Below are positions 1 to 10,942 of a stretch of DNA of 64,000 bases, piece by piece. The notes beneath the pieces were generated by a model that saw only the letters and a program-made list of their open reading frames with translations, was not told where the DNA came from and searched no databases. Source of the DNA: an uncultured Rhodobiaceae bacterium (GTDB lineage Bacteria; Pseudomonadota; Alphaproteobacteria; RS24); contig CALEFA010000078.1 of the NCBI GenBank assembly GCA_937876775.1, positions 8,441 to 72,440 on the forward strand, written 5' to 3'. Both the position numbers and the translations under genes were made by a program. Positions within the stretch are counted from its first letter, which is position 1; every line of letters starts with the position of its first letter.

Positions 1-107
1 CAAAAAATGGCCTACAAAAAACGTTTTCGTCCTTTGCAATGCCTTGGCAAAGATGGCTGGACGCTCTACAACTGAAGGCATTAAAAGACAGGCTATGGGA
101 GGCTTTC

Positions 108-1193
108 ATGTCTAAAAAAATAGGTCGCCGCCAGCTATTGGGCGGCTTGGTTACCGGCACGGCAACGGCAGCTGTCGCAGCGCCAGCGTATGCGCAGGGC
201 AAACGACGCCTGAAAATGGTCACCACATGGCCGAAAAACTTCCCCGGCCTTGGCACCGCCCCCGAAAATATCGCCAAGCGGGTTTACGCCATGACCGATG
301 GTCAGTTGGATATTAAAATTTACGCCGCCGGTGAATTGGTCGGTGCCTTTGATGCCTTTGATGCAGTGTCGACGGGCACAGCCGATTTATATAATGGTGC
401 CGAGTATTACTGGCAGGGCAAGTCGCCTGCGTTTAACTTTTTCTGCGCCGTGCCTTTTGGCATGACAGCGGCGGAAATCAACGCATGGATCAATTTCGGT
501 GGCGGGCAAGAGCTGTGGGATGAATTATCCGCCAAGTTCAATATTCGCGCTTTCCAATCAGCCAATACCGGCGTTCAAATGGGCGGCTGGTTCCGCAATG
601 AAATAAATACATTGGATGACTTCAAGGGATTGAAAATTCGTATGCCAGGGCTTGGCGGCGAAGTGATGCGGCGGCTTGGCGCGGCTGCGGTTTCCATGCC
701 CGGCGGTGAAATTTTTCCGAGTATGAAAAGCGGCGCGATTGACGCCAGCGAATGGGTCGGGCCGTGGAATGATATGGCCTTTGGCTTTCATCAAGTGGCG
801 AAATATTATTATTGCCCAGGCTTTCAAGAGCCTGGCGCCATGTTGGCGACCGGCATTAACCTTGATGTTTGGGCCTCGTTGACCGGCGCCCAGCAGGAAG
901 TTTTGCGCACCGCTTTCGAAGCCGAGAACAATGCCACTTTGAGCGAGTATAATTATAAAAACGCCGCCGCCCTCGAAACCTTGGTCACCAAACACAAGGT
1001 CGAAGTGCGCAGTTTCTCGCCGGAGATTATGGCCGCCTTAAAACAAACGTCGCAACAAGTGCTTGGAGAAGCGGCCGCCAAAGACCCATTCACCAAACGC
1101 GTGTATGACAGCTATCGCGCGTCTTTGGCCAATTCGATGGAATGGGGCGCACGCAGTGAAGAGCCTTACACAAAAGCTCGCCGCGAGCTTTAG
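108..1193 (+). CDS. TRAP transporter substrate-binding protein (DctP-type)
   Basis: ORF 39..1193. I place the start at ATG 108, with GGGAGG just upstream. The N-terminus KKIGRRQLLGG...AAPAYAQG looks like a twin-arginine/Sec signal. DctQ- and DctM-type permease genes follow directly. Confidence 0.85.
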   Translation: MSKKIGRRQLLGGLVTGTATAAVAAPAYAQGKRRLKMVTTWPKNFPGLGTAPENIAKRVYAMTDGQLDIKIYAAGELVGAFDAFDAVSTGTADLYNGAEYYWQGKSPAFNFFCAVPFGMTAAEINAWINFGGGQELWDELSAKFNIRAFQSANTGVQMGGWFRNEINTLDDFKGLKIRMPGLGGEVMRRLGAAAVSMPGGEIFPSMKSGAIDASEWVGPWNDMAFGFHQVAKYYYCPGFQEPGAMLATGINLDVWASLTGAQQEVLRTAFEAENNATLSEYNYKNAAALETLVTKHKVEVRSFSPEIMAALKQTSQQVLGEAAAKDPFTKRVYDSYRASLANSMEWGARSEEPYTKARREL

Positions 1194-1201
1194 AGGGCGT
1201 T

Positions 1202-1729
1202 TTGATCACTGGATTTTTGAGTTCTCTTGCAGGCGCGATTGACCTGACCAATCGGCAGATTGGCCGTGCTGCGGCATGGCTAAGCCTAGCCATGGTGCTG
1301 GTACAATTTGCCAGCGTCGTGCTGCGCTATGTGTTCGGCATTGGGTCAATCTTGATGCAAGAAGCAGTGGTCTATATGCATGGGGTTTTGTTTATGATGG
1401 CGGCGGCCGACACGCTGCTGCACGATGAACATGTGCGGGTCGATATTTTCTATTCGCGGGCCAGCCCGCTGCGCAAAGCTCTGATTGATTTTCTCGGCTG
1501 CGCCCTGCTGATCATACCCGTGTGTATCGTTTTGTTTAGTGTCTCATTTAATTATGTCGCGATTTCGTGGTCAGTGCTTGAAGGCTCGCGCGAAACCAGC
1601 GGCATTCACGGCGTGTTTTTGCTGAAAACCGTCATTCTGGTTTTCGCTGTACAACTGGGCCTGCAGGCGGTTTCCGGCATGATCAAAAATGGCCTGACAT
1701 TGCGCCTCGGTAACGAGGCCAGCCAATGA
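1202..1729 (+). CDS. TRAP transporter small permease (DctQ-type)
   Basis: 175-aa hydrophobic ORF with a TTG start, lying between the binding-protein and large-permease genes. Its stop overlaps the next start (ATGA at 1726). Confidence 0.8.
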   Translation: MITGFLSSLAGAIDLTNRQIGRAAAWLSLAMVLVQFASVVLRYVFGIGSILMQEAVVYMHGVLFMMAAADTLLHDEHVRVDIFYSRASPLRKALIDFLGCALLIIPVCIVLFSVSFNYVAISWSVLEGSRETSGIHGVFLLKTVILVFAVQLGLQAVSGMIKNGLTLRLGNEASQ

Positions 1730-3279
1730 GTGAAGCGCTTGATCTGCTGATGTTTGCCAGCGCCTGCTTATTGCTGATGAGCGGCTTTCCCGTTGCCTTT
1801 ACGCTGGCCGGAACAGCTTTGCTGTTTGGCTTTATTGGGCAAGCAGCCGGGGTGTTTGACATTGGCTTTTTCTATGCCCTGCCGCAGCGCATTTTCGGCA
1901 CAATGACCAATGAGGTGCTGATGGCAGTGCCGCTGTTTGTGTTTATGGGCACCATGCTGGAGCGCGCCCGCATTGCGGAAGATTTGCTGGAAAATATGGC
2001 GCGCTTATTTGGCAGTTTACGCGGCGGCCTTGGTGTCTCGGTGGCTATTGTTGGGGCATTGCTGGCCGCATCCACTGGCATTGTTGGCGCCACTGTGGTG
2101 ACCATGGGGCTGTTGTCGTTGCCGACCATGCTGAAACGCGGTTATGACCCGGCGTTGGCCTCTGGCTCAATAGCCGCGGCTGGTACGCTGGGGCAAATTA
2201 TTCCGCCATCGATTGTGCTGGTATTGCTGGGTGATGTGATTGCCAATGCTTATCAAAAAGCACAACTAGAACAGGGGATTTTCTCGCCGGAAACCGTTTC
2301 GGTCGGCGAATTATTTGCCGGATCGCTGATCCCCGGTCTGGTTTTGGTTGGCGCCTATATTATCTATCAATTAGTCATTGCCATTGTGCAACCGCATAAA
2401 GCGCCGCCAGCCGAGGCCGAAGAGCCGGTTGCGTTGAGCGCCATTTTGTCGGCATTGCTGCCACCGATTTTTCTCATTGTCTCGGTGCTTGGCTCGATTT
2501 TAGGCGGCATTGCCACACCAACAGAAGCAGCCGCCGTGGGCGCCATTGGCACTATTTTGCTGGCTGGTGACCGCTTACTCAGCGGCAGTGTGTGGGTGCG
2601 TGCTGGCGTGTTTGGTCTGTTTGCTCTGGTCGCCCTGACCAGCCTATTTGATTTACGCCTTGAGCGTGACGACATTGGCCTGCTCAGCGCCGTTGCCATG
2701 GGGACGGCTTTATTACTATGCGCGGTTATTGCATTTTCCGTGGCTCGCAGCCTATGGGCGGCGCATCAAAGCGCGGTGCTGAAATCGGTTATGCAAAGCA
2801 CCATGCACACAACCTCAATGGTGTTTGTCATTCTGATTGGCGCGGCGCTGTTCTCGCTGGTGTTTCGCGGCCTCGGCGGCGATGAAACCATCAAAGCCCT
2901 ACTCGAAGACCTGCCCGGCGGTAAATGGACAGCGATCGCTCTGGTCATGCTGATTATGTTCGCCCTCGGCTTTTTCCTCGATTTCATCGAAATTATATTC
3001 GTCGTGGTGCCGATTGTTGGCCCAATATTGCTGGCCATGGATGTTGATCCGGTGTGGCTCGGCGTGATGATGGCAATCAATCTACAGACCAGTTTCCTCA
3101 CGCCGCCATTTGGTTTCGCCCTTTTCTATCTACGGGGCGTCGCGCCGCCGTCGGTGACCACGGGGCAGATTTATCGCGGCGCTATTCCGTTTGTCTTGAT
3201 ACAAATTTCAATGCTGGCTTTGCTGGCCATTTTCCCGCAACTGGCGACTTGGCTGCCAGACGTTATTTTTGGAGAGTAG
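1726..3279 (+). CDS. TRAP transporter large permease (DctM-type)
   Basis: 517-aa polytopic membrane protein with typical DctM length and composition, third gene of the TRAP operon. Confidence 0.9.
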   Translation: MSEALDLLMFASACLLLMSGFPVAFTLAGTALLFGFIGQAAGVFDIGFFYALPQRIFGTMTNEVLMAVPLFVFMGTMLERARIAEDLLENMARLFGSLRGGLGVSVAIVGALLAASTGIVGATVVTMGLLSLPTMLKRGYDPALASGSIAAAGTLGQIIPPSIVLVLLGDVIANAYQKAQLEQGIFSPETVSVGELFAGSLIPGLVLVGAYIIYQLVIAIVQPHKAPPAEAEEPVALSAILSALLPPIFLIVSVLGSILGGIATPTEAAAVGAIGTILLAGDRLLSGSVWVRAGVFGLFALVALTSLFDLRLERDDIGLLSAVAMGTALLLCAVIAFSVARSLWAAHQSAVLKSVMQSTMHTTSMVFVILIGAALFSLVFRGLGGDETIKALLEDLPGGKWTAIALVMLIMFALGFFLDFIEIIFVVVPIVGPILLAMDVDPVWLGVMMAINLQTSFLTPPFGFALFYLRGVAPPSVTTGQIYRGAIPFVLIQISMLALLAIFPQLATWLPDVIFGE

Positions 3280-3283
3280 CAAA

Positions 3284-3760
3284 ATGAAAGTACCCAATAT
3301 CAATATGTTGGCCACGACGTTTCTGATTATTTTGGTAATTAGCGTTATTGCTTATTTCAACCGCCCGCTGCCCGGTGTGCCTGAGGGTGAGATTGGCTTG
3401 GAAATTGGCGTGCCGGTTGAGCATAGTTTGCAGGCTGGCTATGAGACAATTCCGCTTCCCGTGGTTTTACGGTTGCGCAATCGCACCGCATCACAGATGG
3501 CACTGCGGGCGGCTGATCCGTGCAAAGTGTTTCGTTTTGTGGTGACCACCAGCGCCGGTGAATTTGTTCAAGCCGGAGGCGTGAAAGAGGTCTGCACACA
3601 GGTTGAAACATCAAGCTTCATCAATCCGCAGGAAAATATCGAAGAAATTCGGCAAATCCCGCTCGATGCCAAACGCTATCAACTTGGACAATATCGGCTG
3701 ATGGTGAAGTTTTGGGATTATAGCGGTGACGCGACGTTTAACTTAGTCGAAAGCAAATAA
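3284..3760 (+). CDS. hypothetical membrane-anchored or exported protein
   Basis: ORF 3269..3760. ATG 3284 is preceded by GGAGAG (3271-3276), which abuts the dctM stop codon. One N-terminal hydrophobic helix (ATTFLIILVISVIAYF) is followed by about 130 soluble residues. No family recognised with confidence. Confidence 0.55.
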   Translation: MKVPNINMLATTFLIILVISVIAYFNRPLPGVPEGEIGLEIGVPVEHSLQAGYETIPLPVVLRLRNRTASQMALRAADPCKVFRFVVTTSAGEFVQAGGVKEVCTQVETSSFINPQENIEEIRQIPLDAKRYQLGQYRLMVKFWDYSGDATFNLVESK

Positions 3761-3761
3761 T

Positions 3762-6014
3762 CTACAGCCGGTTTTTGAAAGCTGGGCCAAGCAGACCATC
3801 GGTTGGGAAACCCTTGGGCCGTATGCGACCGGCCTGAGCACGATGTCCGGCCCATTCGCCTAAATCGTCAAACACACGTTCGCGACCGGCACGATCGGTG
3901 ATTGTCAGCCCCTCGGCTTCGACATAACAGCGGGCATCGGCCAAATGACCGTCGCCATGGCGCTGCAAACGCACACCCTTGCCGCGCGGCATTTCCGGCA
4001 CATCGGCCAAGGCGAAGCACAACAGCTTTTTGTTCTCACCAAGCACAGCCACACGGTCGCCAATCGCCGGCACGCAAATGGCGGCTTCATCGGGCGCTTT
4101 GACGTTCAGAATTTGCTTTCCGGCCTTACGAGTGCTGATGAGCTCGCTTTCAGCAACAATAAAGCCATTGCCAATGCGCGAGGCGACCAGCAATTTGCGG
4201 TTCGGGTCATGCACCATGATTTCAAGAATTTCTTCGGCTGGCGCCAGATCAATCATCAAGCGCACCGGATCACCATTACCGCGACCACCGGGCAATTTAC
4301 TGGCGTCGAGCGTATAGGCACGGCCATTGGAAGCAAACAGCACTAATTTATCGGTGGTCATGGCGTGTAGCACGAAATTGGCGGCGTCGCCGTCTTTATA
4401 GGTCAGCTTGCTGCCATCCTCGACATGACCTTTCATGGCGCGAATCCAGCCTTTTTGCGAACATATAATGGTCACAGGCTCTTTTTCGACCAGCATGTCC
4501 AGCGCAATCTCTTCGTCATCCTCAGCAATGATAAATTCGGTGCGCCGCCGCCCCAGAGCGGTTTTCGGGCCAAATTGTTTTCTGACCTCGCGAATATCAT
4601 TGGCGATAATTTCGCTCTGGCGGCTTTCCGAGGCCAGTAAATCTTTCAAATCCGCCATTTCAGCCGATAGCTCTTGGTGCTCGGTACGAATGGTCTGCTC
4701 CTCGAGCTTGCGCAAAGCCCGCAGACGCATGTTCAAAATCGCTTCCGCCTGAACCTGTGTCAGTTTAAAGGCGGCCATCAGAGAGGCGCGCGCGTCATCT
4801 TCTTCGCGGATAATGCGGATCACCTCATCGAGATTGAGATAGGCAATCAAATAGCCGTCGAGCACTTCGAGACGGGCGATAATTTTTTCAAGGCGGAACT
4901 TGCTTTTGCGCACCAAGACGACATTGCGGTGATCGAGCCATTGCAGCAATATCTCGCGCAAGCCCATGACCCGTGGCACGCCCTGATTGTCCAACACATT
5001 CATATTCAGCGAGAAACGCGATTCCAAATCCGTCTGCTTGAACAATACGGCCATCACTTGATCCGGCGACAGGTTTTTGCTTTTTGGTTCAATGACCACG
5101 CGAATATCTTCGGCGCTTTCGTCGCGAATATCTTCCAACATCGGCAAAGCGCGGTTTTGCATCAGCTCGGCAATTTTCTCAATCAGCCGTGACTTTTGAA
5201 TTTGATAGGGAATTTCTGTGATGACGATTTGCCACGCACCACGCGGTAATTCTTCAACCGTATAGCGCGCCCGCACGCGCATGCTGCCGCGTCCGGTGGC
5301 ATAGGCTTCACGCAATACTTCAGGGCTTTCAATACAAATGCCGCCGGTAGGGAAATCAGGCCCAATAACATGCTCCATCAAGGTTTCGATACGCGCATTG
5401 GGGGCTTTGATTAAGTGTAACGCGGCGGCGCATAATTCATCGATATTATGCGATGGAATACTGGTCGCCATGCCCACGGCAATGCCCGATGAGCCATTGG
5501 CCAAAAGATTTGGAAAGGCGGCGGGCAAAACAATCGGCTCTTCGTCTTCGCCGTCATAAGTGGCGCGAAAGTCGACTGTGTCGCTGTCTAAATCGCGCAG
5601 CAAAAGGCTGGCAATTTCGGTCATGCGGGCTTCGGTGTAACGCATGGCGGCGGCATTATCGCCATCGACATTGCCAAAGTTACCCTGCCCGTCAACCAGC
5701 GGATAACGCACTGCGAAATCTTGCGCCAAACGCACCAGCGCGTCATATACCGCTTGGTCACCATGCGGGTGATAGCGACCAATCACATCGCCCACCACAC
5801 GGGCTGATTTTTTGAAGCCATTTTCTGGATCCAAACGCAATTGCCGCATGGCAAACAGCAAACGCCGATGAACCGGCTTCAAGCCATCACGCACATCCGG
5901 CAAAGCCCGATTGGTGATGGTCGATAGCGCATAGGCGAGGTAACGCGTTTCAAGCGCTTGCTTGAGACTTACCTGCTCGCTGTGCGGCGGATCGATTTGC
6001 TTTGTGTCAGTCAT
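3762..6014 (-). CDS. parC: DNA topoisomerase IV subunit A
   Basis: 750 aa with the type IIA A-subunit N-terminus ([31 protein letters not shown]). The length and the lack of a long GyrA-type C-terminus favour ParC over GyrA. Confidence 0.85.
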   Translation of the reverse strand: MTDTKQIDPPHSEQVSLKQALETRYLAYALSTITNRALPDVRDGLKPVHRRLLFAMRQLRLDPENGFKKSARVVGDVIGRYHPHGDQAVYDALVRLAQDFAVRYPLVDGQGNFGNVDGDNAAAMRYTEARMTEIASLLLRDLDSDTVDFRATYDGEDEEPIVLPAAFPNLLANGSSGIAVGMATSIPSHNIDELCAAALHLIKAPNARIETLMEHVIGPDFPTGGICIESPEVLREAYATGRGSMRVRARYTVEELPRGAWQIVITEIPYQIQKSRLIEKIAELMQNRALPMLEDIRDESAEDIRVVIEPKSKNLSPDQVMAVLFKQTDLESRFSLNMNVLDNQGVPRVMGLREILLQWLDHRNVVLVRKSKFRLEKIIARLEVLDGYLIAYLNLDEVIRIIREEDDARASLMAAFKLTQVQAEAILNMRLRALRKLEEQTIRTEHQELSAEMADLKDLLASESRQSEIIANDIREVRKQFGPKTALGRRRTEFIIAEDDEEIALDMLVEKEPVTIICSQKGWIRAMKGHVEDGSKLTYKDGDAANFVLHAMTTDKLVLFASNGRAYTLDASKLPGGRGNGDPVRLMIDLAPAEEILEIMVHDPNRKLLVASRIGNGFIVAESELISTRKAGKQILNVKAPDEAAICVPAIGDRVAVLGENKKLLCFALADVPEMPRGKGVRLQRHGDGHLADARCYVEAEGLTITDRAGRERVFDDLGEWAGHRAQAGRIRPKGFPTDGLLGPAFKNRL

Positions 6015-6052
6015 TTTTGCCTTATAGCAAGATTCTCATCATCGTCTTCAAG

Positions 6053-6781
6053 CTAGTTCTTCAACAGACGCCGAATATTGTCGATTAATCTTTGTCGTGC
6101 CGGCGGCAATACCAATTGAATGGGTAAATAGACGCGGCGTTCGAGGAAATGACCGGTTAGCGTGAAGCCGGCCAGAATTTCCTCCAGCGGCGCCTCGGCC
6201 TGCGCATTGAGCAGAAAATTCGGCAAATCGAATAATTGATCCAAATAGGGCTGCGCCGCGGTTAGGCTGACCGCCCGGCCACTGCGCGGCGAGACATGGG
6301 TCAACTCAGTGGTGACGCCAGTGGCCGCACAGCACGACAGGTCTAGACCAAAGCCGACCTCTTCAAGCAGTGCCATTTCAAAGCGCACCAAAAGCGGCAG
6401 CCACACCTCGGCTTCGCCCAATTCTTCCAGCAAAACCATGACTGTGTCATACAGGCGCGGATGGGCTTGGCGTTCCGAGGTAACTTGCAACATGGCGCAC
6501 ATGGAGCTGACGCCAGATAGTAAAAGCGGGTCTGATAGGGCTTCGGCGGCATAAGCGCGCCCAGCATCGAGCGTCATTGTGCCCAAATGTTCAGACAAGC
6601 GGGCGCGCCATGTGACCTGTGCCATATTGCCGGGCTGCAAAATTGGCCGCAGACGACGACTATTGCCGCCGCGCACCAGCCCCATATAACGGCCATGCTG
6701 GCGGCTGAAAACGTCAATAATGGCGCTGCTTTCACCATGCGGCCTGCAATCAATTATCAGCGCATCAGCCGTCCATTGCAT
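6053..6781 (-). CDS. recO: DNA repair protein RecO
   Basis: 242 aa, immediately downstream of era in the conserved rnc-era-recO arrangement. The N-terminal OB-fold-like region (W..DALIID.RPHGESS) is typical of RecO. Confidence 0.85.
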   Translation of the reverse strand: MQWTADALIIDCRPHGESSAIIDVFSRQHGRYMGLVRGGNSRRLRPILQPGNMAQVTWRARLSEHLGTMTLDAGRAYAAEALSDPLLLSGVSSMCAMLQVTSERQAHPRLYDTVMVLLEELGEAEVWLPLLVRFEMALLEEVGFGLDLSCCAATGVTTELTHVSPRSGRAVSLTAAQPYLDQLFDLPNFLLNAQAEAPLEEILAGFTLTGHFLERRVYLPIQLVLPPARQRLIDNIRRLLKN

Positions 6782-6784
6782 GAA

Positions 6785-7675
6785 TTAAGCTCGGTAATCC
6801 AAGCCCAAAACGCGATAGCGCTCCGGGTCTTCCTGCCAATTTTTGCGCACTTTCACGAATAAAAATAAATGCACGCGGCAGTCGAAAATCTCTTCCAATT
6901 CTTTGCGCGACTCGGCGCCGATATCCTTGATGGCTTTGCCGCCCTTGCCCAGCACAATAGCCTTTTGCCCGTCGCGGCGCACAAAAACCGTCTGCTCAAT
7001 GCGCACACTGCCATCTTTGCGCGGCTCCCATTTTTCGGTTTCCACGGTCAGCGCATAAGGCAATTCCTGATGCAGACGCAAAAAAAGTTTCTCGCGAGTG
7101 ATTTCCGAAGCCAGCAAAAGTGACGGAATATCGGCGGCCTGATCTTCCGGATAAAGCCACGGCCCCTCCGGCATGCGCGCACCCAGCGTGTCTTTCAGGC
7201 GCTGCAAACCGTCGCCGGAAAGAGCGGAAATCAAGAACGTATCTTTGAAGGCAACGATTTCATTAAGTTTTTGAACAATCCCCAACAGCGTATCGCGGGC
7301 CACTGTGTCGATTTTATTGAGCACCAAAGATACTGGCTTTTTGGACGTGGAGAGACGCTCTAATGCAATGTCGGTTTCCGGTGATTTGGCATGCGCCGCA
7401 TCCAGCACCAAAAGCACTTCGTCGGCATCATCTATGCCGAGCCACGCTTCATTGACCATGGCTCGATCTAACCTCTGTTTGGGCTCGAAAATACCGGGCG
7501 TATCGACCAGAATAATCTGCGCCTCATTGTGCATAACGACGGCACGCAATCGCATGCGGGTGGTTTGCGCCTTTTGCGTCACAATCGCCACTTTCTGCCC
7601 GACCAACGCATTGGACAGCGTTGACTTACCGGCATTTGGCGGGCCAACGACCGCAACGAAACCACATTTTTGCAT
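6785..7675 (-). CDS. era: GTPase Era
   Basis: ORF 6785..7711. The start is moved to ATG 7675, which overlaps the rnc stop (TAATG). G1 motif GPPNAGKST, DTPG, NKID, and a C-terminal KH domain. Confidence 0.95.
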   Translation of the reverse strand: MQKCGFVAVVGPPNAGKSTLSNALVGQKVAIVTQKAQTTRMRLRAVVMHNEAQIILVDTPGIFEPKQRLDRAMVNEAWLGIDDADEVLLVLDAAHAKSPETDIALERLSTSKKPVSLVLNKIDTVARDTLLGIVQKLNEIVAFKDTFLISALSGDGLQRLKDTLGARMPEGPWLYPEDQAADIPSLLLASEITREKLFLRLHQELPYALTVETEKWEPRKDGSVRIEQTVFVRRDGQKAIVLGKGGKAIKDIGAESRKELEEIFDCRVHLFLFVKVRKNWQEDPERYRVLGLDYRA

Positions 7676-8358
7676 TAACTCTGACCTTTCAACGTCACTT
7701 GTTTCAAACAATCGGCGGCGGCCAATTGCTCCGCCACACGACGGGATTTGCCCTTGGCCACAGCCTGCGCCTCTAGGGTGCGGACGATGACCGTAAACTC
7801 TGGCGCATGCGCCGGGCCTTGTTGATCAATAATCTCATAATAGGGCAATGGCTGGCCGCGCTTCATTGTCCATTCTTGCAAAGCCGTCTTATGGTCAATT
7901 GGCGCCTCGACTTGTTTATCATAATGCGGCGCCCAATGGGTCATAATGACACGACGCGCCGCCTCCAGACCGCCGTCGAAATAGACCGCCGCCAACACCG
8001 CCTCGCAGGCATTGGCCAGAATATTATCGGTCATGCCAGCATGGCTCATCGCTGCCTTATCGGCCTGAATGATCGAGCCGAGATCAATGGCTTTGGCAAT
8101 CTGCGCGCAGGTTTTTCGGCTCACCAATTGTCCCAGACGACGCGCCAAATCGCCTTCGCTCTCATCGCCGTAGCGAGCCAGCAAATCTTCGGCAATGACC
8201 AGCCCCAAAACCCGATCCCCCAGAAACTCTAAATGCTCGTTGTCATCATCGACATCGAGGCTGGCATGACGAACGGCGCGTTCGAGCCACGCCTTATCAT
8301 CAAACTCATAGCCCAATTTGGCGGTGAAGTTGTTGAGCGCTTTGGCGGCTATCGGCAT
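7675..8358 (-). CDS. rnc: ribonuclease III
   Basis: RNase III signature NEHLEFLGDRVLG plus a C-terminal dsRBD. ATG 8358 avoids overlap with lepB; the ORF track uses TTG at 8373. Confidence 0.95.
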   Translation of the reverse strand: MPIAAKALNNFTAKLGYEFDDKAWLERAVRHASLDVDDDNEHLEFLGDRVLGLVIAEDLLARYGDESEGDLARRLGQLVSRKTCAQIAKAIDLGSIIQADKAAMSHAGMTDNILANACEAVLAAVYFDGGLEAARRVIMTHWAPHYDKQVEAPIDHKTALQEWTMKRGQPLPYYEIIDQQGPAHAPEFTVIVRTLEAQAVAKGKSRRVAEQLAAADCLKQVTLKGQS

Positions 8359-8360
8359 GG

Positions 8361-9128
8361 CTACTCGACCCAATCGAGCAAGCGGCTATAGCGAATTGCC
8401 ATCGGCCATTGCCAAATTTTCCACAATGGCGTCATGTCATCAAAGGAGAAAAACAGCACTTGCGCCGGCCCTACTAAATTTTCATGCGACACATAACCGA
8501 CATAGCGGGTCACCCGACTGTCAGCCGAATTGTCGCGATTGTCGCCCATCATGAAATAATGCCCCGCTGGTACGCGGTAAACTCCGGTGTTGTCAGCAGG
8601 CCCATTCTCCGTTTCATCAAGAACAAAATAGCTGCGCCCGTTGGGCAGGGTTTCACGATAGCGGCGGAACGTCTTTTGCGTACCATCGGCGCGCGCTTCA
8701 GTGAAGTTTTCAACCGCTTCGCGCGGCACGGCCTGACCGTTCAAAATCACCACGCCATTGCGCATTTGAATGGTGTCGCCGGGCAAACCAATCACCCGTT
8801 TGATAAAATCGGTGCGATTGTCGGCCGGTAATTTGAAAACCACGACATCGCCACGTTCCGGCACGCCGTCCCAAATGCGGCCATTCATAATCTGTGGGCT
8901 AAAGGGCAGGCTGTGGCGCGAATAGCCATAGCTGAATTTGGAGACAAACAGAAAATCGCCAATCAATAGCGTGGGCTTCATGGAGCTGGATGGAATATTG
9001 AACGGCTGGAAGAAAAAAGAGCGGATGATCAGTGCAATGACCAAAGCCCACGCCAGCGTTTTGACATTGTCACGCCATGTCTCCGGTTTCTTTTCCACCT
9101 GTGTGCGTTTGAAAACATGCCAAGCCAT
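8361..9128 (-). CDS. lepB: signal peptidase I
   Basis: N-terminal TM helix, the catalytic-Ser region IPSSSMKPTL, and the GDNRDNSADSR box. Confidence 0.9.
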   Translation of the reverse strand: MAWHVFKRTQVEKKPETWRDNVKTLAWALVIALIIRSFFFQPFNIPSSSMKPTLLIGDFLFVSKFSYGYSRHSLPFSPQIMNGRIWDGVPERGDVVVFKLPADNRTDFIKRVIGLPGDTIQMRNGVVILNGQAVPREAVENFTEARADGTQKTFRRYRETLPNGRSYFVLDETENGPADNTGVYRVPAGHYFMMGDNRDNSADSRVTRYVGYVSHENLVGPAQVLFFSFDDMTPLWKIWQWPMAIRYSRLLDWVE

Positions 9129-9553
9129 TAATTTTTCTTTTCTGTATCTGCTGCGGTTTGCGGGACGGCGGAAATAATCACAATGGCCTGAGCCAGCGGA
9201 AAATCATCGGTGATGGTGAGGTCAATTTGCGGGCTCATGCCAGCCGGGGTTATTTTTTCCAGCCGTGCCAAAGCGCCATTGGTCAACACCAGAGTTGGTT
9301 TGCCAGATGGTAAATTGGCAACCCCCATATCGCGCCAAAACACGCCTTGGCGCAAGCCGGTTCCCAGTGCCTTGGCGCAGGCCTCTTTGGCGGCAAATCG
9401 TTTGGCATATGAGGCAGCGCGCATCAGGCGACGGTCCGAACGACTTTGCTCGGTCTGGGTGAACACACGCTCGATAAACCGCTGGCCAAAACGATCGAGG
9501 GTTTTCTCAATACGTCGGATATCAATCAAATCATTGCCCAGGCCAATGATCAT
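9128..9553 (-). CDS. acpS: holo-[acyl-carrier-protein] synthase
   Basis: 141 aa with the N-terminus [17 protein letters not shown] and a FAAKEA.KALGTG pattern. Confidence 0.9.
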   Translation of the reverse strand: MIIGLGNDLIDIRRIEKTLDRFGQRFIERVFTQTEQSRSDRRLMRAASYAKRFAAKEACAKALGTGLRQGVFWRDMGVANLPSGKPTLVLTNGALARLEKITPAGMSPQIDLTITDDFPLAQAIVIISAVPQTAADTEKKN

Positions 9554-10329
9554 GACTGCGCCATTGCCTGAGCCATTGCCTGCGCCCGCGCCGACTGCAT
9601 GAGGTCACGCATTCTGACAATCGCCGCTTCCAGCCCAATAAAAATCGCTTCACCAATCAGAAAATGCCCAATATTCAGCTCGACAATTGAGGGAATAGCG
9701 GCAATCGGCCCGACGGTGTCAAAACACAGGCCGTGGCCGGCGTGAACTTCGAGGCCGAGCGCATCGGCCATTTGTGCCGCTTGCTGCAGGCGCACCAGCT
9801 CTCCATTCATGCGCCCCTCATCGCCATCGTGAAAGGCGTGGCAATAAGTGCCTGTGTGTAATTCCACAATATCAGCGCCGCATTTGTGCGCCGCTTCAAC
9901 TTGTTCAGCGACGGGATCAATGAACAGCGAAATGCGAATACCCGCCTGTTTCAACGGGTCGATAATATATTGCAGCTTATTGCCAGCGGCGCGCACATCC
10001 AGCCCCCCTTCCGTGGTCACTTCCTGACGCTTTTCCGGCACCAGACAGCAAGCATTTGGTTTATGGCGCAAAGCAATGGCACACATCTCATCCGTTGCCG
10101 CCATTTCGAGATTGAGCGGCAGGCCAATATTCTCAGCCAAAGGAGCAATGTCATCATCGCCAATATGTCGGCGATCCTCGCGCAAATGCGCGGTAATACC
10201 ATCAGCACCCGCCCGCTTGGCAGCTTCCGCCGCCCGCACAGGGTCTGGCAGACCACCGCCGCGCGCATTGCGGATGGTGGCCACATGGTCAATGTTCACA
10301 CCCAATCGCAAGTTTTTAATCTCTGACAT
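9550..10329 (-). CDS. pdxJ: pyridoxine 5'-phosphate synthase
   Basis: [17 protein letters not shown] and HLREDRRHI motifs. The C-terminus carries an AQAM AQAM tandem. Confidence 0.95.
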   Translation of the reverse strand: MSEIKNLRLGVNIDHVATIRNARGGGLPDPVRAAEAAKRAGADGITAHLREDRRHIGDDDIAPLAENIGLPLNLEMAATDEMCAIALRHKPNACCLVPEKRQEVTTEGGLDVRAAGNKLQYIIDPLKQAGIRISLFIDPVAEQVEAAHKCGADIVELHTGTYCHAFHDGDEGRMNGELVRLQQAAQMADALGLEVHAGHGLCFDTVGPIAAIPSIVELNIGHFLIGEAIFIGLEAAIVRMRDLMQSARAQAMAQAMAQS

Positions 10330-10919
10330 TAGGCGGCGTCTCCATTCAAAGGTTCACTGGCGTTGCGCTTTTCACGGTCGAGACGCTTCTTTCCAATACG
10401 AAGCAACCGGCGTTTTTGATAAATCTTGATTGCCCATAGACTTGGGTAGTAGGTCGCAACCCCCAAAACCAAACCTACCGGCAAAGAACCGATCAGCATT
10501 GGCAAAATAACCGGCTGAAAAAGCTCCATTGGTTTGTCAATAATCAGCCCGAAACTGAGCGTCGGCAATTCCGAAATCCGACCATTGCCGCCCATTATCA
10601 AAGAACCCGTCGAGTAAGTCGCAATCCAAATAAACGGGAAGGTAAACGGATTGCCGACCCATGTGCCGGCGACGGCGGCGAGAAAATTTCCGCCAATGAA
10701 ATAGACAATCAGACCCGCCCATAAAATATGCATGCCGAGAAGCGGATTGGCTGAAATAAAACCGCCAACAGCTAAACCAAGGGCGATATTATGCGGGCTG
10801 CCTTGAAGACGAACCGTGCGACGCCACAAATATAGGGTGGCCCGCTTCCAGCCTTCGCGCGGCCAGAGAAATTGTCTTAGTCGTTGAAGCGCAGTAAGCG
10901 GATTGCGGCGTTTAAACAT
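10329..10919 (-). CDS. DUF2062-type membrane protein
   Basis: 196 aa. A basic N-terminus is followed by GSPH.IALG.AVG and three to four hydrophobic helices. It is the first gene of the pdxJ-acpS-lepB-rnc-era-recO string, with a 1-nt overlap. Confidence 0.7.
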   Translation of the reverse strand: MFKRRNPLTALQRLRQFLWPREGWKRATLYLWRRTVRLQGSPHNIALGLAVGGFISANPLLGMHILWAGLIVYFIGGNFLAAVAGTWVGNPFTFPFIWIATYSTGSLIMGGNGRISELPTLSFGLIIDKPMELFQPVILPMLIGSLPVGLVLGVATYYPSLWAIKIYQKRRLLRIGKKRLDREKRNASEPLNGDAA

Positions 10920-10942
10920 GAACGACTACCCTCCCTGGTAGA

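Noticed and set aside
39-107. N-terminal extensions in ORF-track calls at 39, 20915, 36632, 41330, 46572, 47871, 48619, 50478, 54495 and 57092.
   Set aside because: Internal start codons have better SD spacing, remove overlaps with upstream genes and give N-termini matching the expected family starts. Examples are the TOPRIM MEVVIVESPAKAK and GatC MSVDEK.
6026-6035. The 10-mer TAGCAAGATT occurs upstream of both parC (6026-6035) and dapA (16851-16860). At dapA it is part of the palindrome TAGCAA-GA-TTGCTA.
   Set aside because: A single shared 10-mer among roughly 4 kb of intergenic DNA is within chance expectation, and its distances to the start codons differ (12 versus 27 nt).
9560-9583. Exact 12-nt tandem duplication (GCCATTGCCTG + 1 nt) at the 3' end of pdxJ, giving AQAMAQAM and overlapping the acpS start region.
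   Set aside because: It is in frame, terminal and short. It is most simply a replication-slippage polymorphism with no evidence of function.
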